Notes: generated by a model from the sequence alone, not told the origin. 54,853 nucleotides of DNA from a bacterium HR24 (GCA_002898715.1 BEIA01000002.1:1-54853), one strand, 5' to 3'. Shown: positions 25,858-36,940, counted from the first letter of the stretch. A program made the numbers and translations.

Positions 25858-27435
25858 CTATGGTAACGTGGCGCCCCTCTTCACAAGCCAGTACTCCAGG
25901 CTGTCGGCCAGGGCCAGCCACGACGCTTCGATGATGTCGGTGGAGGCGCCCACCGTCGTCCAGGTCTGCTCGCCGTCGGTGGACTCGATGAGCACTCGCA
26001 CCGAGGCGGCGGTGCCGTGGCCGGGGTCGATGATGCGCACCTTGTAGTCGACCAGCTTCACCGCCTCCAGGCTGGGGTAGAACTGCAACAGGGCCTTGCG
26101 CACGGCTGCGTCTAGGGCGTTGACCGGGCCGTTGCCTTCGGCGGCGGTGTGGATGACCTCGTCGCCCACGCGCACCTTGACCATAGCCTCGGCCAGCATG
26201 TCGCGGTCGCCCGGGCCGTGATGGCGCCGCTCCACCACCATGAAGTCCTCCAGCTCGAAGGGAGGCAAGTAGCCCGGGCGGCTGCGGCGCACCAACAGCT
26301 CCAGAGAGGCCTCGGCGCCCTCGTACTGGTAACCGCGGCTCTCCATCACCTTGACCTGCTCTACGATGCGCCGCGCCTCCTCGCGGTCGACCTCGATGCC
26401 CTGCTCTCGCAGCTTGGCCAGGACGCCATGGCTGCCGGATAGCTCCGAGACCAGGAAGCGCGTCTCGTTGCCCACCAGGGCCGGGTCCACGTGCTGGTAC
26501 GACCAGGGGGCCTTGGCCACGCCGGCGGCGTGCAGGCCGGCCTTGTGGGCGAAGGCAGCCGAGCCCACATAGGGCTGGCGGGGATTGGGCGGCAGGTTGG
26601 CCACCTCCGAGACGAAGCGGGAGACCTCCGTCAGCTTGCGCAGTTGCTCGTCCGTCACCACGTCCAGGCCCATCTTGAGCTTCAGGTTGGCGATGATGCT
26701 GATCATGTTGGCGTTGCCGCACATATCGCCGTAGCCGTTGATGGCGCCCTGAACGTGGGTGGCGCCCGCTTCCACGGCGGCCAGGGTGTTGGCCACGGCC
26801 AGGTCGGCGCCGTTGTGGGCGTGGATGCCCACGGCCGTGTCCACCGCGTCCACCACCTCCTTGACCACCTTGTAGACATGGGAGGTGATGGTGCCGCCGT
26901 TGGTATCGCAAAGCACCACGCAGTCGGCGCCGGCGCGGGCGGCGGCCTGCAGGCACTGGAGGGCGTAGTCGCGGTCGTAGAAGTAGCCGTCGAAGAAGTG
27001 CTCGGCGTCGAAGAATACGGTGAGGCCGTGAGACTTCAGATAGCGCACCGACTCGCCGATCATGGCCAGGTTCTCTTCGGCAGTGGTCTCCAGGACGTCG
27101 GTAACATGGCGCAGGTGGGCCTTGCCGACTATGGTGACCACGGGCGTGCCGGCGTCGATGAGGGCGCGCAGGTTGGGGTCCTGCTCCACCTTGATGCCCG
27201 CCCGGCGGGTGGCGCCGAAGGCGGCCAGCCTGGCGTTCCTGAGCTGGATGGAGCGGGCGCGGACGAAGAACTCGGCGTCCTTGGGGTTGGAGCCTGGCCA
27301 GCCGCCCTCGATGTAGTGGACGCCCAGCTCGTCCAGCTTGCGGGCGATCTTGAGTTTGTCCTCGACGGACAGGCTGATGCCCTCCATCTGGGTGCCGTCG
27401 CGCAACGTCGTATCGTACAGCTCTACCTTCCGCAT
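25858..27435 (-). CDS. cimA: (R)-citramalate synthase (LeuA-family, CimA-type)
   Basis: 525-aa ORF beginning MRKVELYDTTLRDGTQMEGISLSVEDKLKIARKLDELGVHYIEGGWPGSNPKDAEFF, the CimA-type N-terminus and length. It is distinct from the leuA copy at 31458-33002. Confidence 0.85.
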   Translation of the reverse strand: MRKVELYDTTLRDGTQMEGISLSVEDKLKIARKLDELGVHYIEGGWPGSNPKDAEFFVRARSIQLRNARLAAFGATRRAGIKVEQDPNLRALIDAGTPVVTIVGKAHLRHVTDVLETTAEENLAMIGESVRYLKSHGLTVFFDAEHFFDGYFYDRDYALQCLQAAARAGADCVVLCDTNGGTITSHVYKVVKEVVDAVDTAVGIHAHNGADLAVANTLAAVEAGATHVQGAINGYGDMCGNANMISIIANLKLKMGLDVVTDEQLRKLTEVSRFVSEVANLPPNPRQPYVGSAAFAHKAGLHAAGVAKAPWSYQHVDPALVGNETRFLVSELSGSHGVLAKLREQGIEVDREEARRIVEQVKVMESRGYQYEGAEASLELLVRRSRPGYLPPFELEDFMVVERRHHGPGDRDMLAEAMVKVRVGDEVIHTAAEGNGPVNALDAAVRKALLQFYPSLEAVKLVDYKVRIIDPGHGTAASVRVLIESTDGEQTWTTVGASTDIIEASWLALADSLEYWLVKRGATLP

Positions 27436-27605
27436 CTATCTCAGCCTCGCCGAACCACGAGATGAAGGCTCTCGACCACGTGTCCGCTACCTGGCCGTAA
27501 GGTTTCGGCCCTGTCCGGCAGCAGTCGGGGCGCATAGGGCAGGCCTGAAGGCCTGGAGCTACGTTCCCTGCTGGCGCACTGGGCAGACGGTCGGCGGGAC
27601 ATCGC

Positions 27606-28700
27606 CTATCCCTCCACCGCTTCTGCCACCTTCTCGCCCATCTCGCGGGTGCCCACCAGGCGGGTGCCTTCCTGGGCGATGTCGAGTGTGCGGTAGCCGG
27701 CGGCCAGCACCCGCTCCACTGCTTCCTCCACCGCCTGCGCCTCGGCGGGTAGCCCCAGGGAGTGCCGCAGCATCATGGCCACCGATAGGATCATGGCCAG
27801 GGGATTGGCCACACCCTGGCCGGCGATGTCGGGAGCGGAGCCGTGTACCGGCTCGTAAAGGCCCAGGCCGGTCCCGTCGCGCCGCCTGCGTCCCAGGCTG
27901 GCCGAGGGGAGCATGCCCATGCTCCCAGCCAGCATGGCCGCCTCGTCCGTCAAGATGTCGCCGAACATGTTCTCGGTGACGATAACATCGAAGTCGGCCG
28001 GCCGCCGTATCAGGTGCATGGCGCAGGCGTCCACCAGCATGTGGCGCAACTCTACGTCCGGGTACTCCTCGGCCACTTCCATGGCCAGGGCCCGCCAGAG
28101 GCGCGAGGACTCCAGGATGTTGGCCTTGTCCACGCTGGTGAGGCGCTTGCGCCGAGCACGCGCCAGCTCGAAGCCCACGCGCAGGATACGCCGGACTTCG
28201 TCCTCGGAGTAGCGGAGGGTATCCACCGCCTGCCAGCCCCGCGCGTTGCGCCAGCGCCGCTGGGGTCGGCCGAAGTAGATGCCTCCCGTCAGTTCCCGCA
28301 CCACCACCAGGTCCACCCCTTCCAGCACTTCGGGTCGCAGGGTGGAGGCGCCGGTGAGGAAGGGGTAGACCTTTACTGGCCTCAGGTTGGCAAAGAGGCC
28401 CAGGCCCTTGCGCAGGGCCAGGAGCCCCTGCTCGGGGCGCACCGGTGCCGTCGGGTCGTCCCACTTGGGGCCGCCGACTGCCGCCAGGAGCACCGCGTGG
28501 GCACGGCGACACCGCTCCAGGGTCTCGGGGCGGATGGCCAGGCCGTAGCGGTCGATGCAGGCGCCGCCCACCAGGTCTTCCTCCACCTGGAAGCGGTGCC
28601 CGAACCGTCGCTCTACCGCCTGCAGCACGCGCAGGCCCTCGGCCATCACCTCGGGACCGACGCCGTCGCCGGGCAGGGCTATGATGCGGTAAGTGCCCAT
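27606..28700 (-). CDS. leuB: 3-isopropylmalate dehydrogenase
   Basis: 364-aa ORF with [38 protein letters not shown] and [15 protein letters not shown]. Confidence 0.95.
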   Translation of the reverse strand: MGTYRIIALPGDGVGPEVMAEGLRVLQAVERRFGHRFQVEEDLVGGACIDRYGLAIRPETLERCRRAHAVLLAAVGGPKWDDPTAPVRPEQGLLALRKGLGLFANLRPVKVYPFLTGASTLRPEVLEGVDLVVVRELTGGIYFGRPQRRWRNARGWQAVDTLRYSEDEVRRILRVGFELARARRKRLTSVDKANILESSRLWRALAMEVAEEYPDVELRHMLVDACAMHLIRRPADFDVIVTENMFGDILTDEAAMLAGSMGMLPSASLGRRRRDGTGLGLYEPVHGSAPDIAGQGVANPLAMILSVAMMLRHSLGLPAEAQAVEEAVERVLAAGYRTLDIAQEGTRLVGTREMGEKVAEAVEG

Positions 28701-28933
28701 ATCTTCCCTCTATCGTCGGCTGCCGTCCGCCCTTCCGGCCCTCACGGGGCCGCCTATTCGCTCACTCAGCAGCCGGGCTCCCCGTAGTGCCCGCAGCAGT
28801 TGCGCGGCGGCCAGGCGAATCGGCGCCAAAGGTTGCGCAGGGCGACGCCCAGCCTCCGCCCCGGGGGCAGGGGCGAGCGCCGCCAGTTGGCGAGCATGGC
28901 CCGCAGGCCGGGCCGGCGACGCTCCCTCAACGC

Positions 28934-29389
28934 CTATCCCCGCCTGGGCCGCATGCGCGGCTGCGTCAGTTCCCCGAACACGGCCCGGAAGCTGATGAGC
29001 CCCCCGCACACGACGATGAACAGCAGTGGCCACAGGCGGGGCCTTCCCAGGCTCTCCCAGCCGATGTTGCGCAGGGAGGCGACGGCGGCCACCAGACCGG
29101 GCAAAAACCACAGGGCGGCGAAGGTGCGGGACGCCAGGCGCAGGGGGGTGTGGCGCAGCCCTATGCCTGCCTCGCCCACCAGCATCCACAGGGCGGAGGC
29201 CAGGCCCAGCAGCCCCAGGATCCGCTCCACCACGTTGGCCTCGTTGGCCTTCCACAGGGTCAGGAAGGAGTTGAGGAGCACCACCAGCGTGTTGCGGCCT
29301 GGGGGCTCCTCCTGCCGCTCCTCCGCCTCCGTCAGCTCGAAGAGCTCGTCTTCGACCCGCGTCCCCAGGCGGCGCAGCCGCTGCCACAT
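28934..29389 (-). CDS. hypothetical membrane protein (about 3 TM) embedded in the leu operon
   Basis: High third-position GC in this frame. TM-like segments are TLVVLLNSFLTLW, LGLLGLASALWMLVG and LWPLLFIVVCGGLISF. The start is uncertain: the ATG at 29389 or the GTG at 29416, which overlaps the leuD end. Confidence 0.55.
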   Translation of the reverse strand: MWQRLRRLGTRVEDELFELTEAEERQEEPPGRNTLVVLLNSFLTLWKANEANVVERILGLLGLASALWMLVGEAGIGLRHTPLRLASRTFAALWFLPGLVAAVASLRNIGWESLGRPRLWPLLFIVVCGGLISFRAVFGELTQPRMRPRRG

Positions 29390-29399
29390 TCCCTTGAGG

Positions 29400-30023
29400 T
29401 CAGCCAAGCCTCTCACCCGCCAGGCGCGGCAGCCAGCGGGGCCGCCGCTCCTCGAAGGCCCGTATCCGCTCCTCGTGCAGCAGGGTAAGGGCGATATCGT
29501 CCCAGCCGTTCAGCAGCCGCTCCCGGGCCGAGGGGTCGATATCGAACTCGGCCTTCAGTCCGGCGTCGTCGTAGATGAGCTGCTGTTCCAGGTCCACCGT
29601 CAGGCGGTAGCCGGGCGATTCTTCGGCCCGGGCGATGATGCGTCGCACCACCTCCTCGTCCACCCGCGCTGGCAGCACGCCGTTCTGGATGCAGTTGGAG
29701 AAGAAAATGTCGGCGAAGGATGGGGCGATGATGGCCCGGAAGCCGTATTCCTTCAGGCCCCAGACGGCGTGCTCCCGCGAGGAGCCGCAGCCGAAGTTGC
29801 GGCCCGTGGCCAGGATGGTCGCCCCCTCGTACCCCGGTCGGTTCAGCTCGAAGTCGGGGTTGGGGCGGCCGTCGGGCAGATAGCGCCAGTCGTAGAAGAG
29901 GAACTCGCCGAAGCCGGTCCGCTCGATGCGCTTCAGGAACTGCTTGGGCATTATCTGGTCGGTGTCCACGTTGGACCGGTCCAGGGGCGCCACGATGCCG
30001 GTATGCACGCGGAACGGCTCCAT
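29400..30023 (-). CDS. leuD: 3-isopropylmalate dehydratase small subunit
   Basis: Start moved to MEPFRVHTGIVAPLDRSNVDTDQIMPKQFLKRI. GGGAGGA sits in the end of leuC just upstream. Confidence 0.95.
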   Translation of the reverse strand: MEPFRVHTGIVAPLDRSNVDTDQIMPKQFLKRIERTGFGEFLFYDWRYLPDGRPNPDFELNRPGYEGATILATGRNFGCGSSREHAVWGLKEYGFRAIIAPSFADIFFSNCIQNGVLPARVDEEVVRRIIARAEESPGYRLTVDLEQQLIYDDAGLKAEFDIDPSARERLLNGWDDIALTLLHEERIRAFEERRPRWLPRLAGERLG

Positions 30024-30025
30024 GG

Positions 30026-31435
30026 CTAGTCCTCCCAGTCCCACTGGCGGACGTCCACGAAGTGACCGGCGATAGCCGCCGCCGCCGCCATCTGGGGGCT
30101 GACCAGGTGGGTCCGCCCGCCGCGGCCCTGCCGCCCTTCGAAGTTGCGGTTGGAGGTGGAGGCGCAGCGCTCGCCAGGCTGGAGGATGTCCGGGTTCATG
30201 CCCAGGCACATGGAGCAGCCAGACTCCCGCCACTCAAAACCGGCCTCCTTGAAGATGCGATCCAGCCCCTCCTGCTCGGCCTGGAGCTTGACCTGCGTGG
30301 AGCCAGGCACCACCATGGCCCGTACCCTGGGGTGCACCTTCTTGCCCTTCACCACCTCGGCTGCCGCCCGCAGGTCGCCGATGCGGGAGTTGGTGCAAGA
30401 GCCGATGAACACGCGGTCCACGTGGATGTCGACGATGGGCGTGCCCGGCTCCAGGCCCATGTACTTGAGGGCCCTTTCGGCCGCTTCCCGCTCCTCTGGC
30501 GTAGGGAAGGAGGATGGGTCAGGCACGCGGCCCGTCACCGGCACCACCTGGCCCGGGTTGGTGCCCCAGGTCACGTAGGGCTCCATCTGGGCGGCGTCCA
30601 GCACCACCACCTTGTCGTACTTGGCGCCCGGGTCGCTGGGCAGCGACTGCCAGTACTCGAGGGCGTCCTCCCAGTCCTTTCCCTTGGGGGCGAAGGGGCG
30701 TCCCTCCAGGTAGGCGAAGGTTACGTCGTCGGGGGCGATCATCCCCGCCCGGGCGCCGGCCTCGATGCTCATGTTGCACACGGTCATGCGCCCCTCCATG
30801 GACAGGGAGCGCACAGCGCTACCGGTGTACTCGATGACGTGGCCCACGGCCCCGTCCACGCCGATGCGCCCGATGATGCCCAGGATCATGTCCTTGGCCG
30901 TGACGCCACGGGGAAGCTGCCCCTCCACCCGGATCTCCATGGTCTTGGGACGCTTCAGCTTGATGGTCTGGGTGGCCAGCACGTGCTCCACCTCGGAAGT
31001 GCCGATGCCCAGGGCGAAGGCCCCGAAGGCGCCGTGCGTGGAGGTGTGGGAGTCACCGCAGACGATGACCATCCCGGGCTGGGTCAGCCCCAGCTCCGGC
31101 CCGATGACATGCACGATGCCCTGACGGTCCGACTCCAGGCCGAAGTAGGTGATGCCGAACTCCTGGCAGTTGCGCTCCAGGGCCTCGATCTGCCGTCGCG
31201 ATATCTCGTCGGTGATGGGCTGGCTGCGGGGCCAGGTAGGCACGTTGTGGTCGCAGGTGGCCACTGTCAGGTCGGGCCGCCGCACCTTCCGTCCCGACAG
31301 CCGCAGACCGTCGAACGCCTGGGGCGATGTCACCTCGTGCACCAGGTGCATGTCCACATAGAGCAGGGCCAGGCCGTTCTCCTGGTGAACGACATGCGCC
31401 TCCCAGATCTTCTCGAACAGGGTCTTGGCGCTCAT
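30026..31435 (-). CDS. leuC: 3-isopropylmalate dehydratase large subunit
   Basis: Start set at [16 protein letters not shown], with GAGGAGG 9 nt upstream. Aconitase-family motifs are VCGDSHT and IGSCTNSR. Confidence 0.95.
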   Translation of the reverse strand: MSAKTLFEKIWEAHVVHQENGLALLYVDMHLVHEVTSPQAFDGLRLSGRKVRRPDLTVATCDHNVPTWPRSQPITDEISRRQIEALERNCQEFGITYFGLESDRQGIVHVIGPELGLTQPGMVIVCGDSHTSTHGAFGAFALGIGTSEVEHVLATQTIKLKRPKTMEIRVEGQLPRGVTAKDMILGIIGRIGVDGAVGHVIEYTGSAVRSLSMEGRMTVCNMSIEAGARAGMIAPDDVTFAYLEGRPFAPKGKDWEDALEYWQSLPSDPGAKYDKVVVLDAAQMEPYVTWGTNPGQVVPVTGRVPDPSSFPTPEEREAAERALKYMGLEPGTPIVDIHVDRVFIGSCTNSRIGDLRAAAEVVKGKKVHPRVRAMVVPGSTQVKLQAEQEGLDRIFKEAGFEWRESGCSMCLGMNPDILQPGERCASTSNRNFEGRQGRGGRTHLVSPQMAAAAAIAGHFVDVRQWDWED

Positions 31436-31457
31436 CCTATCCAGCCTCCTCGCCACC

Positions 31458-33002
31458 CTAGGGGTTGGACCAGGCCCGCTCCTCCCGCGGCACCCGCGTC
31501 AGGGCGCGGTTGAGGGCGTCCATCAGGGCCTTGGCCGAGGCCACCACGATGTCGGTGTCGGAGCCGATGCCCACGAAGGTGTGGCCGTCCACGTCGATGC
31601 GCACCGTCACCTCGCCCTGGGCATCGATGCCCTCGGTGACGCTCTTGACCTGGTACTCCAGCAGCCGGTTGGGCACACCCACCAGGGCGTTGATGGCGCG
31701 GTAGGAGGCGTCCACCGGCCCCGTGCCGGTGGCGGTGGTCTGCAGCACCTGGCCCTCGGGGCCCAGCAGGCGCACCGTGGCCGTGGGCACCAGTTGGTTG
31801 CCGCAGCTCACCTGTAGCAGGTCCAGCCGGTAGACCTCCACGCTGGCCCGCCGCTCCTCCATCACCAACATCTCCAGGTCGCGGTCGTCGATCTCGCCTT
31901 TCTTGTCGGCCAGTTCCTTGAAAGCGCGGAATACCCGGTCCAGCTCCTCTTCCGCCAGGTCGTAGCCCAGCTCCCGCAGGCGAGCCCGCAGGCCGTGGCG
32001 GCCAGAGTTCTTGTTGAGGACGATGATGCCGCCCCTGGGCAGGCCGATGTCCCGAGGGTCGATGATCTCGTAGGTCTCCCTCAGCTTGACGATGCCGTGC
32101 TGGTGGATGCCCGACTGGTGGCGGAAGGCGTTGGCCCCCACGATAGCCTTGTTGGGCTGCACCGGCACGCCGGTGAGCTGGGAGACCAGTCGGCTGACCC
32201 GGTAGATCTGGGTGGTGTCCAGCCCCGTGTCCACGCCGAAGTAGTCGCGGCGGGTCTTGAGGGCCATCACCACCTCTTCCAGGGCGGCGTTGCCGCCCCG
32301 CTCGCCGATGCCGTTGACGCACACCTCTACCTGCCGCGCCCCGGCCTTGACGGCGGCCAGGGAGTTGGCCACCGCCAGCCCCAGGTCGTTGTGGCAGTGG
32401 ACGGAGATGCGCGCCTTGTGGATGTTGGGCACCCTCTCCTGGATGCTGCGGATAAAGGCAGCGAACTCCTCCGGGATGGCGTAGCCCACCGTGTCGGGGA
32501 TGTTGACGGTGGTGGCGCCGGCGTCGATGACCTCCTTGAGCATGCGATAGATGTACTCGGGGTCGGAGCGGGTGGCGTCCTGGGGGGAGAACTCCACGTC
32601 CGGGCAATACTTGGCGGCCCGGGCCACCATGGCGCGGGCCATCTCCAGGACATGCTCCCTGTCCTTCTCCAGCATGTGCATGATGTGGATGTCGGAGCTG
32701 GAGATGAACACATGCAGGCGTGGGCTCTCGGCCACCTTCACCGCCTCCCAGCCGATGTCGATGTCCTCGGGCACCGCCCGGCACAGGGTGGCGATGGCCG
32801 AGCCGCGCACCTCCCTGGCAATGCGCTGTACGGCCTCGAAGTCGCCAGGGGAGGAGGCGGCGAAGCCTGCCTCGATGACGTCTACCCGCATCCGCTCCAG
32901 GGCGCGGGCGATCTCCAGCTTCTCTTCGGCGTTGAGGGCGACGCCGGGGGTCTGCTCCCCGTCGCGCATGGTGGTATCGAATATCAGCACTCGGTCTGCC
33001 AT
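31458..33002 (-). CDS. leuA: 2-isopropylmalate synthase
   Basis: Start set at the ATG ([21 protein letters not shown]), with GGGAGG 9 nt upstream. The TTG start used by the track has no usable spacing. Confidence 0.93.
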   Translation of the reverse strand: MADRVLIFDTTMRDGEQTPGVALNAEEKLEIARALERMRVDVIEAGFAASSPGDFEAVQRIAREVRGSAIATLCRAVPEDIDIGWEAVKVAESPRLHVFISSSDIHIMHMLEKDREHVLEMARAMVARAAKYCPDVEFSPQDATRSDPEYIYRMLKEVIDAGATTVNIPDTVGYAIPEEFAAFIRSIQERVPNIHKARISVHCHNDLGLAVANSLAAVKAGARQVEVCVNGIGERGGNAALEEVVMALKTRRDYFGVDTGLDTTQIYRVSRLVSQLTGVPVQPNKAIVGANAFRHQSGIHQHGIVKLRETYEIIDPRDIGLPRGGIIVLNKNSGRHGLRARLRELGYDLAEEELDRVFRAFKELADKKGEIDDRDLEMLVMEERRASVEVYRLDLLQVSCGNQLVPTATVRLLGPEGQVLQTTATGTGPVDASYRAINALVGVPNRLLEYQVKSVTEGIDAQGEVTVRIDVDGHTFVGIGSDTDIVVASAKALMDALNRALTRVPREERAWSNP

Positions 33003-33122
33003 TTCGCTCAACCTCCCTAAGCTGTCATCGGTCGGCCGTAGGAGCGCCCTCGCCCGGGCAGCGCGCCCGGGGAGGGCTCGGGAAGGTTGAGGGTGAGGGT
33101 CTCGATCAGCAAGGGACGTCCC

Positions 33123-33551
33123 CTACTTTCCCAAGATGCTTTCCAGGTCGCGGGCGTGCTCCTCGGTGTCCTTGAGGATGTCCTCCAGCAGGCGGCGGGT
33201 GGCCGGGTCGTCCTCCCTCTCCGCCTGCTTGATGAGGCGCCGGTACATGGCGATGGCCTCGTACTCCAGCTCCAGGTTGTCCTCCAGCATCTGGCGCAGG
33301 TCACCGCCCACCCTGATCTCGCCCACCTTGGTGGTGGGTGTGCCGCCCAGCAGGTCGATGCGCTCGGCCAGCATGTAGGCGTGGCGCATCTCGGTCATGG
33401 CCAGCTCCTTGAACTTCTCGGCGATGGGCGGGCTCTCCATGCCCCGCGCCAGGATGTGGTCCCACATGTACTGAAAGATGGAGGCCATCTCCTCCGAGAG
33501 CGCCTCGTTGAGCATGTCGATGAATTCTTGGCTCGCCTGTGGCCTGCCCAT
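33123..33551 (-). CDS. ferritin-like (bacterioferritin-type di-iron) domain protein
   Basis: 142-aa ORF forming a four-helix pattern with E...ExxH twice: EEMASIF, TEMRHAYM, ELEYEAIAMY and TEEHARDL. Confidence 0.75.
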   Translation of the reverse strand: MGRPQASQEFIDMLNEALSEEMASIFQYMWDHILARGMESPPIAEKFKELAMTEMRHAYMLAERIDLLGGTPTTKVGEIRVGGDLRQMLEDNLELEYEAIAMYRRLIKQAEREDDPATRRLLEDILKDTEEHARDLESILGK

Positions 33552-33561
33552 TCGTTGCCTC

Positions 33562-34560
33562 CTACTTTGTGCCCTTGAGCCAGGGCATCATGGCCCGCAG
33601 CCGACGCCCCACCTCTTCTATGGGGTGATGCGCGTCTCGCTCGCGCAGGGCCATGAAGACGGGGCGCCCGGCCTGGTTCTCCAGCACCCACTCGCGGGCG
33701 AACTGGCCGCTCTGGATCTCGGCCAGCACCTGCTTCATGGTCTGGCGGACGTGGTCGTCGATGACGCGGGGGCCGCGGGTGTAGTCCCCGTATTCGGCCG
33801 TGTCGGACACCGAATAGCGCATGTAGGCCAGGCCGCCCTCGTACATCAGGTCCACGATGAGCTTGAGCTCGTGCATGCATTCGAAATAGGCGATCTCGGG
33901 CTGATAGCCGGCCTCCACCAGCGTCTCGAAGGCGGCCTTCACCAGGGCGCTGACGCCGCCGCAGAGCACCACCTGCTCGCCGAAGAGGTCCGTTTCCGTC
34001 TCCTCGGCGAAGGTGGTCTCGATGACGCCGGCGCGGGTGCAGCCGATGCCCTTGGCGTAGGCCAGGGCCAGCGGCCGGGCGCTCTCGCTGGCGTCCTGGT
34101 GGATGGCCAGCAAGGCCGGCGTGCCCAGTCCCTGCACGAACAGCTCCCGCAGCCGGTGGCCGGGCCCCTTGGGGGCCACCATGGTCACGTCCACGTCGGG
34201 CGGGGGAGTGATCTGCCGGAAGTGGATGTTGAAGCCGTGGGCGAACATGAGCATCTGCCCCGGGCGCAGGTGGGGGGCGACGCTCTCCAGGTAGATCTGG
34301 CGCTGGTTCTGGTCGGGTGCCAGCATCATGATGATGTCGGCCTGGCGCACCGCCTCGTCGACAGTGGTGACCTCCAGGCCCGCCTCCTGCGCCTTCTGCC
34401 AGGACTTGGAGCCGGAGTAGAGGCCCACGACCACGTCCAGCCCCGAGTCCTTCAGGTTGAGGGCGTGGGCGTGGCCCTGGGAGCCGAAGCCGATGACGGC
34501 GATCTTCTTGCCCCGCAGCAGCCCCAGGTCGGCGTCCTGGTCGTAGTAGACCTTGGCCAT
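33562..34560 (-). CDS. ilvC: ketol-acid reductoisomerase
   Basis: 332-aa ORF with [12 protein letters not shown]...[21 protein letters not shown]. Confidence 0.95.
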   Translation of the reverse strand: MAKVYYDQDADLGLLRGKKIAVIGFGSQGHAHALNLKDSGLDVVVGLYSGSKSWQKAQEAGLEVTTVDEAVRQADIIMMLAPDQNQRQIYLESVAPHLRPGQMLMFAHGFNIHFRQITPPPDVDVTMVAPKGPGHRLRELFVQGLGTPALLAIHQDASESARPLALAYAKGIGCTRAGVIETTFAEETETDLFGEQVVLCGGVSALVKAAFETLVEAGYQPEIAYFECMHELKLIVDLMYEGGLAYMRYSVSDTAEYGDYTRGPRVIDDHVRQTMKQVLAEIQSGQFAREWVLENQAGRPVFMALRERDAHHPIEEVGRRLRAMMPWLKGTK

Positions 34561-34572
34561 CGCCTTATCCTC

Positions 34573-35139
34573 CTACCAGGTCTCCTGGCCGGGGTAGCGC
34601 TCGTACGACTCCTCCCCCTCGCCCACCGGGTGGGAGGCCTCGGCGCCGCGCAGCATGGCCACCCGGCCGGTGCGCACCATCTCGATGACGCCGTAGTCCT
34701 TAAGCAGCTCGAACATAGCGTCTATCTTCCCCTCGTCCCCCGTCACCTCCACGATGACCGATTCGGGCGAAACGTCGATGATGTTGGCCCGGAAGATGTC
34801 CACGATCTCGATGATGTGGCTGCGGTTGCCGGCGTCGCAGCGCACCTTGATGAGGGCCATCTCTCGGGCGACGATGTCCTCGTGGGACACGTCACGGATG
34901 TCCACCACGTCCACCAGCTTGTCCAGCTGCTTCACCACCTGGTCGGCGTCGTGGCTGGCATCCACCACGAAGGTCATGCGCGAGAGGCCGGGCGTCTCCG
35001 AATGGCCCACGGCCAGGCTCTCGATGTTGAAGCCCCGTTGCCGCCACTTGGAGGCGATGCGGTTCAGCACCCCGGGCCTGTCCTCCACCAGGGCGATGAT
35101 GGTGTGGAAGCGCCTTCCGTTCCTCTTGCCCTCGCTCAT
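34573..35139 (-). CDS. ilvN: acetolactate synthase small (regulatory) subunit
   Basis: Start moved to MSEGKRNGRRFHTIIALVEDRPGVLNRIASKWRQRGFNIESLAV (ACT domain). The ATG overlaps the ilvB stop as ATGA. Confidence 0.9.
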   Translation of the reverse strand: MSEGKRNGRRFHTIIALVEDRPGVLNRIASKWRQRGFNIESLAVGHSETPGLSRMTFVVDASHDADQVVKQLDKLVDVVDIRDVSHEDIVAREMALIKVRCDAGNRSHIIEIVDIFRANIIDVSPESVIVEVTGDEGKIDAMFELLKDYGVIEMVRTGRVAMLRGAEASHPVGEGEESYERYPGQETW

Positions 35140-36863
35140 CGCCCCACCTCCGCCATCTGGCGCCTGCGCACCAGCTCGATGTATTCCTTGGGCAGGCCGA
35201 TGGTCTCCTGCAGGGAGGCCCCCGGCGGCACCATCGGGAAGCAGTCCTCGTCCTGCTTGACGTGGACGTCGATGAGCACCGGCCCCTGGTGGGCGAGGGC
35301 CCGCTCCAGGGCCGGCACCACCTCCTCGCGGCGGGTGGCCCGCAGGGCGAGGATGCCGTAGGCCTCGGCGATCTTCACGAAGTCGGGGTTCTTGAGGGGG
35401 CTCGCCACCAGGTTGCCGCGGTAGAAGAGGCTCTGCCACTGGCGCACCATGCCGTGGTGGCCGTTGTTGATGATGGCGAACTTGATGGGCAGGTCGTACT
35501 CGGCCACCACGCCCAGCTCCTCCATGGTCATCTGGAAGCCGCCATCGCCGCAGATGGCCCACACCAGCTCGCCCGGCTTGGCGATCTGCACGCCGATGGC
35601 TGCCGGCACCTCGAAGCCCATGGTGCCCAGGCCGCCCGAGGTGACGAAGGAGTTGGGCTTCCGCGACCAGAAGAACTGGGCCGCCCACATCTGGTGCTGG
35701 CCCACGCCGGTGACGAAATAGGCGTCGCCTCCGCTCACCTCGTATATCTTCTGGATGACGTACTGGGGCAGTATCTGGGCGGCGTCCTCGGGATAGACCA
35801 GGGAGGGGTGCTCCCGCTTCAGCTCGTCCAGGCGGGCGAACCAGTCGGGCCGTTCCCGGTGCTGGACGAGGCGGTTGAGCTGCTGCAGGCAGACGCGGGC
35901 GTCCCCCACCAGGGCCGCGGCCGGGCGCACGTTCTTGCCCACCTCCGCCGGGTCCACCTCGATGTGCACGATCTTGGCCAGGGGGGCGAAGTCCTTCAGC
36001 CGCCCCGTCACCCGGTCGTCGAACCGCATGCCGATGCCGATGATCAGGTCGGCCTCGGAGATGGCCAGGTTGTTCCAGTGCATGCCGTGCATGCCCGGCA
36101 TCCCCATATACAGCGGATGGTCGGGCGGGAAGCCGCTGATGCCCAGCAGGGTGGTGATGACGGGTATGTTGCCCTTCTCGGCCAGCTCCTTCAGCTCGTA
36201 ATAGGCCTGGGAGATGATGACCCCGTGCCCGGCCAGGATGAGGGGTCGCTCCGACTCGTAGATGAGCCGGGCGGCCTTCTCCACCTCGGCCGGGTCGGGG
36301 TAGATGCGGGGTCGGTAGCCCCGCAGCTCCACCTTCTCCGGCCAGTAGAACTGCCCCCGCTCCTGCTGCACGTCGCGGGGGATGTCCACCAGCACCGGCC
36401 CGGGCCGGCCCGTGCTGGCGATGTAGAACGCTTCACGCATCACTCGCGGGATCTCGTTCACGTCCAGAACCAGGTAGTTGTGCTTGGTGATGGGGATGGT
36501 GATGCCGGTGATGTCCGCCTCCTGGAAGCCGTCGCGGCCGATCAGGGGGCGGATGACGGAGCCGGTGATGGCCACCAGCGGCACCGAGTCCATCCAGGCG
36601 TTGGCGATCCCGGTGACCAGGTTGGTGGCCCCGGGGCCCGACGTGGCGAAACACACCCCCGGCCGGCCGGTGACGCGGGCATAGGCGTCGGCGGCGTGGG
36701 CCGCGCCTTGCTCGTGTCGCACCAGGTAGTGGCGGATCTTGGGGTAGAACTTGGGCAGAGTGTCGTACAGCGGCAGGTTAGCGCCGCCGGGCAGCCCGAA
36801 GATGGCCTCCACGCCCTCTCGGGCCAGACATTCCAGGATCATTTCGGCGCCTGTCATCTCCAT
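35136..36863 (-). CDS. ilvB: acetolactate synthase large (catalytic) subunit
   Basis: 575-aa ORF of the ThDP enzyme family with GAEMILECLAREGVEAIFGLPGGA and a GGLGTMGFEVPAAIG ThDP motif. Confidence 0.95.
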   Translation of the reverse strand: MEMTGAEMILECLAREGVEAIFGLPGGANLPLYDTLPKFYPKIRHYLVRHEQGAAHAADAYARVTGRPGVCFATSGPGATNLVTGIANAWMDSVPLVAITGSVIRPLIGRDGFQEADITGITIPITKHNYLVLDVNEIPRVMREAFYIASTGRPGPVLVDIPRDVQQERGQFYWPEKVELRGYRPRIYPDPAEVEKAARLIYESERPLILAGHGVIISQAYYELKELAEKGNIPVITTLLGISGFPPDHPLYMGMPGMHGMHWNNLAISEADLIIGIGMRFDDRVTGRLKDFAPLAKIVHIEVDPAEVGKNVRPAAALVGDARVCLQQLNRLVQHRERPDWFARLDELKREHPSLVYPEDAAQILPQYVIQKIYEVSGGDAYFVTGVGQHQMWAAQFFWSRKPNSFVTSGGLGTMGFEVPAAIGVQIAKPGELVWAICGDGGFQMTMEELGVVAEYDLPIKFAIINNGHHGMVRQWQSLFYRGNLVASPLKNPDFVKIAEAYGILALRATRREEVVPALERALAHQGPVLIDVHVKQDEDCFPMVPPGASLQETIGLPKEYIELVRRRQMAEVGR

Positions 36864-36940
36864 GGCCTTCGCTCCTCTCTATTGTTCGTCCCTGCTGTCG
36901 GTGGACCGACCGCTCCCCGTCGTTCTGCTCTCGCTCCTCG

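Noticed and set aside
27436-27605. A 170-nt spacer between leuB and cimA, examined for a second T-box, attenuator or riboswitch.
   Set aside because: It has no GGUGGUACC core and no leader-peptide-like run of Leu/Ile/Val codons. I saw only short hairpins (CAGGCCT/AGGCCTG and GGCCG...CGGCC). I cannot assign a function from sequence alone.
28710-29387. A 225-aa minus-strand ORF spanning the leuD-leuB spacer.
   Set aside because: It is out of frame with, and largely overlapping, the better-supported membrane ORF. Its Arg/Gly/Ala/Pro-rich composition shows no hydrophobic or motif structure.
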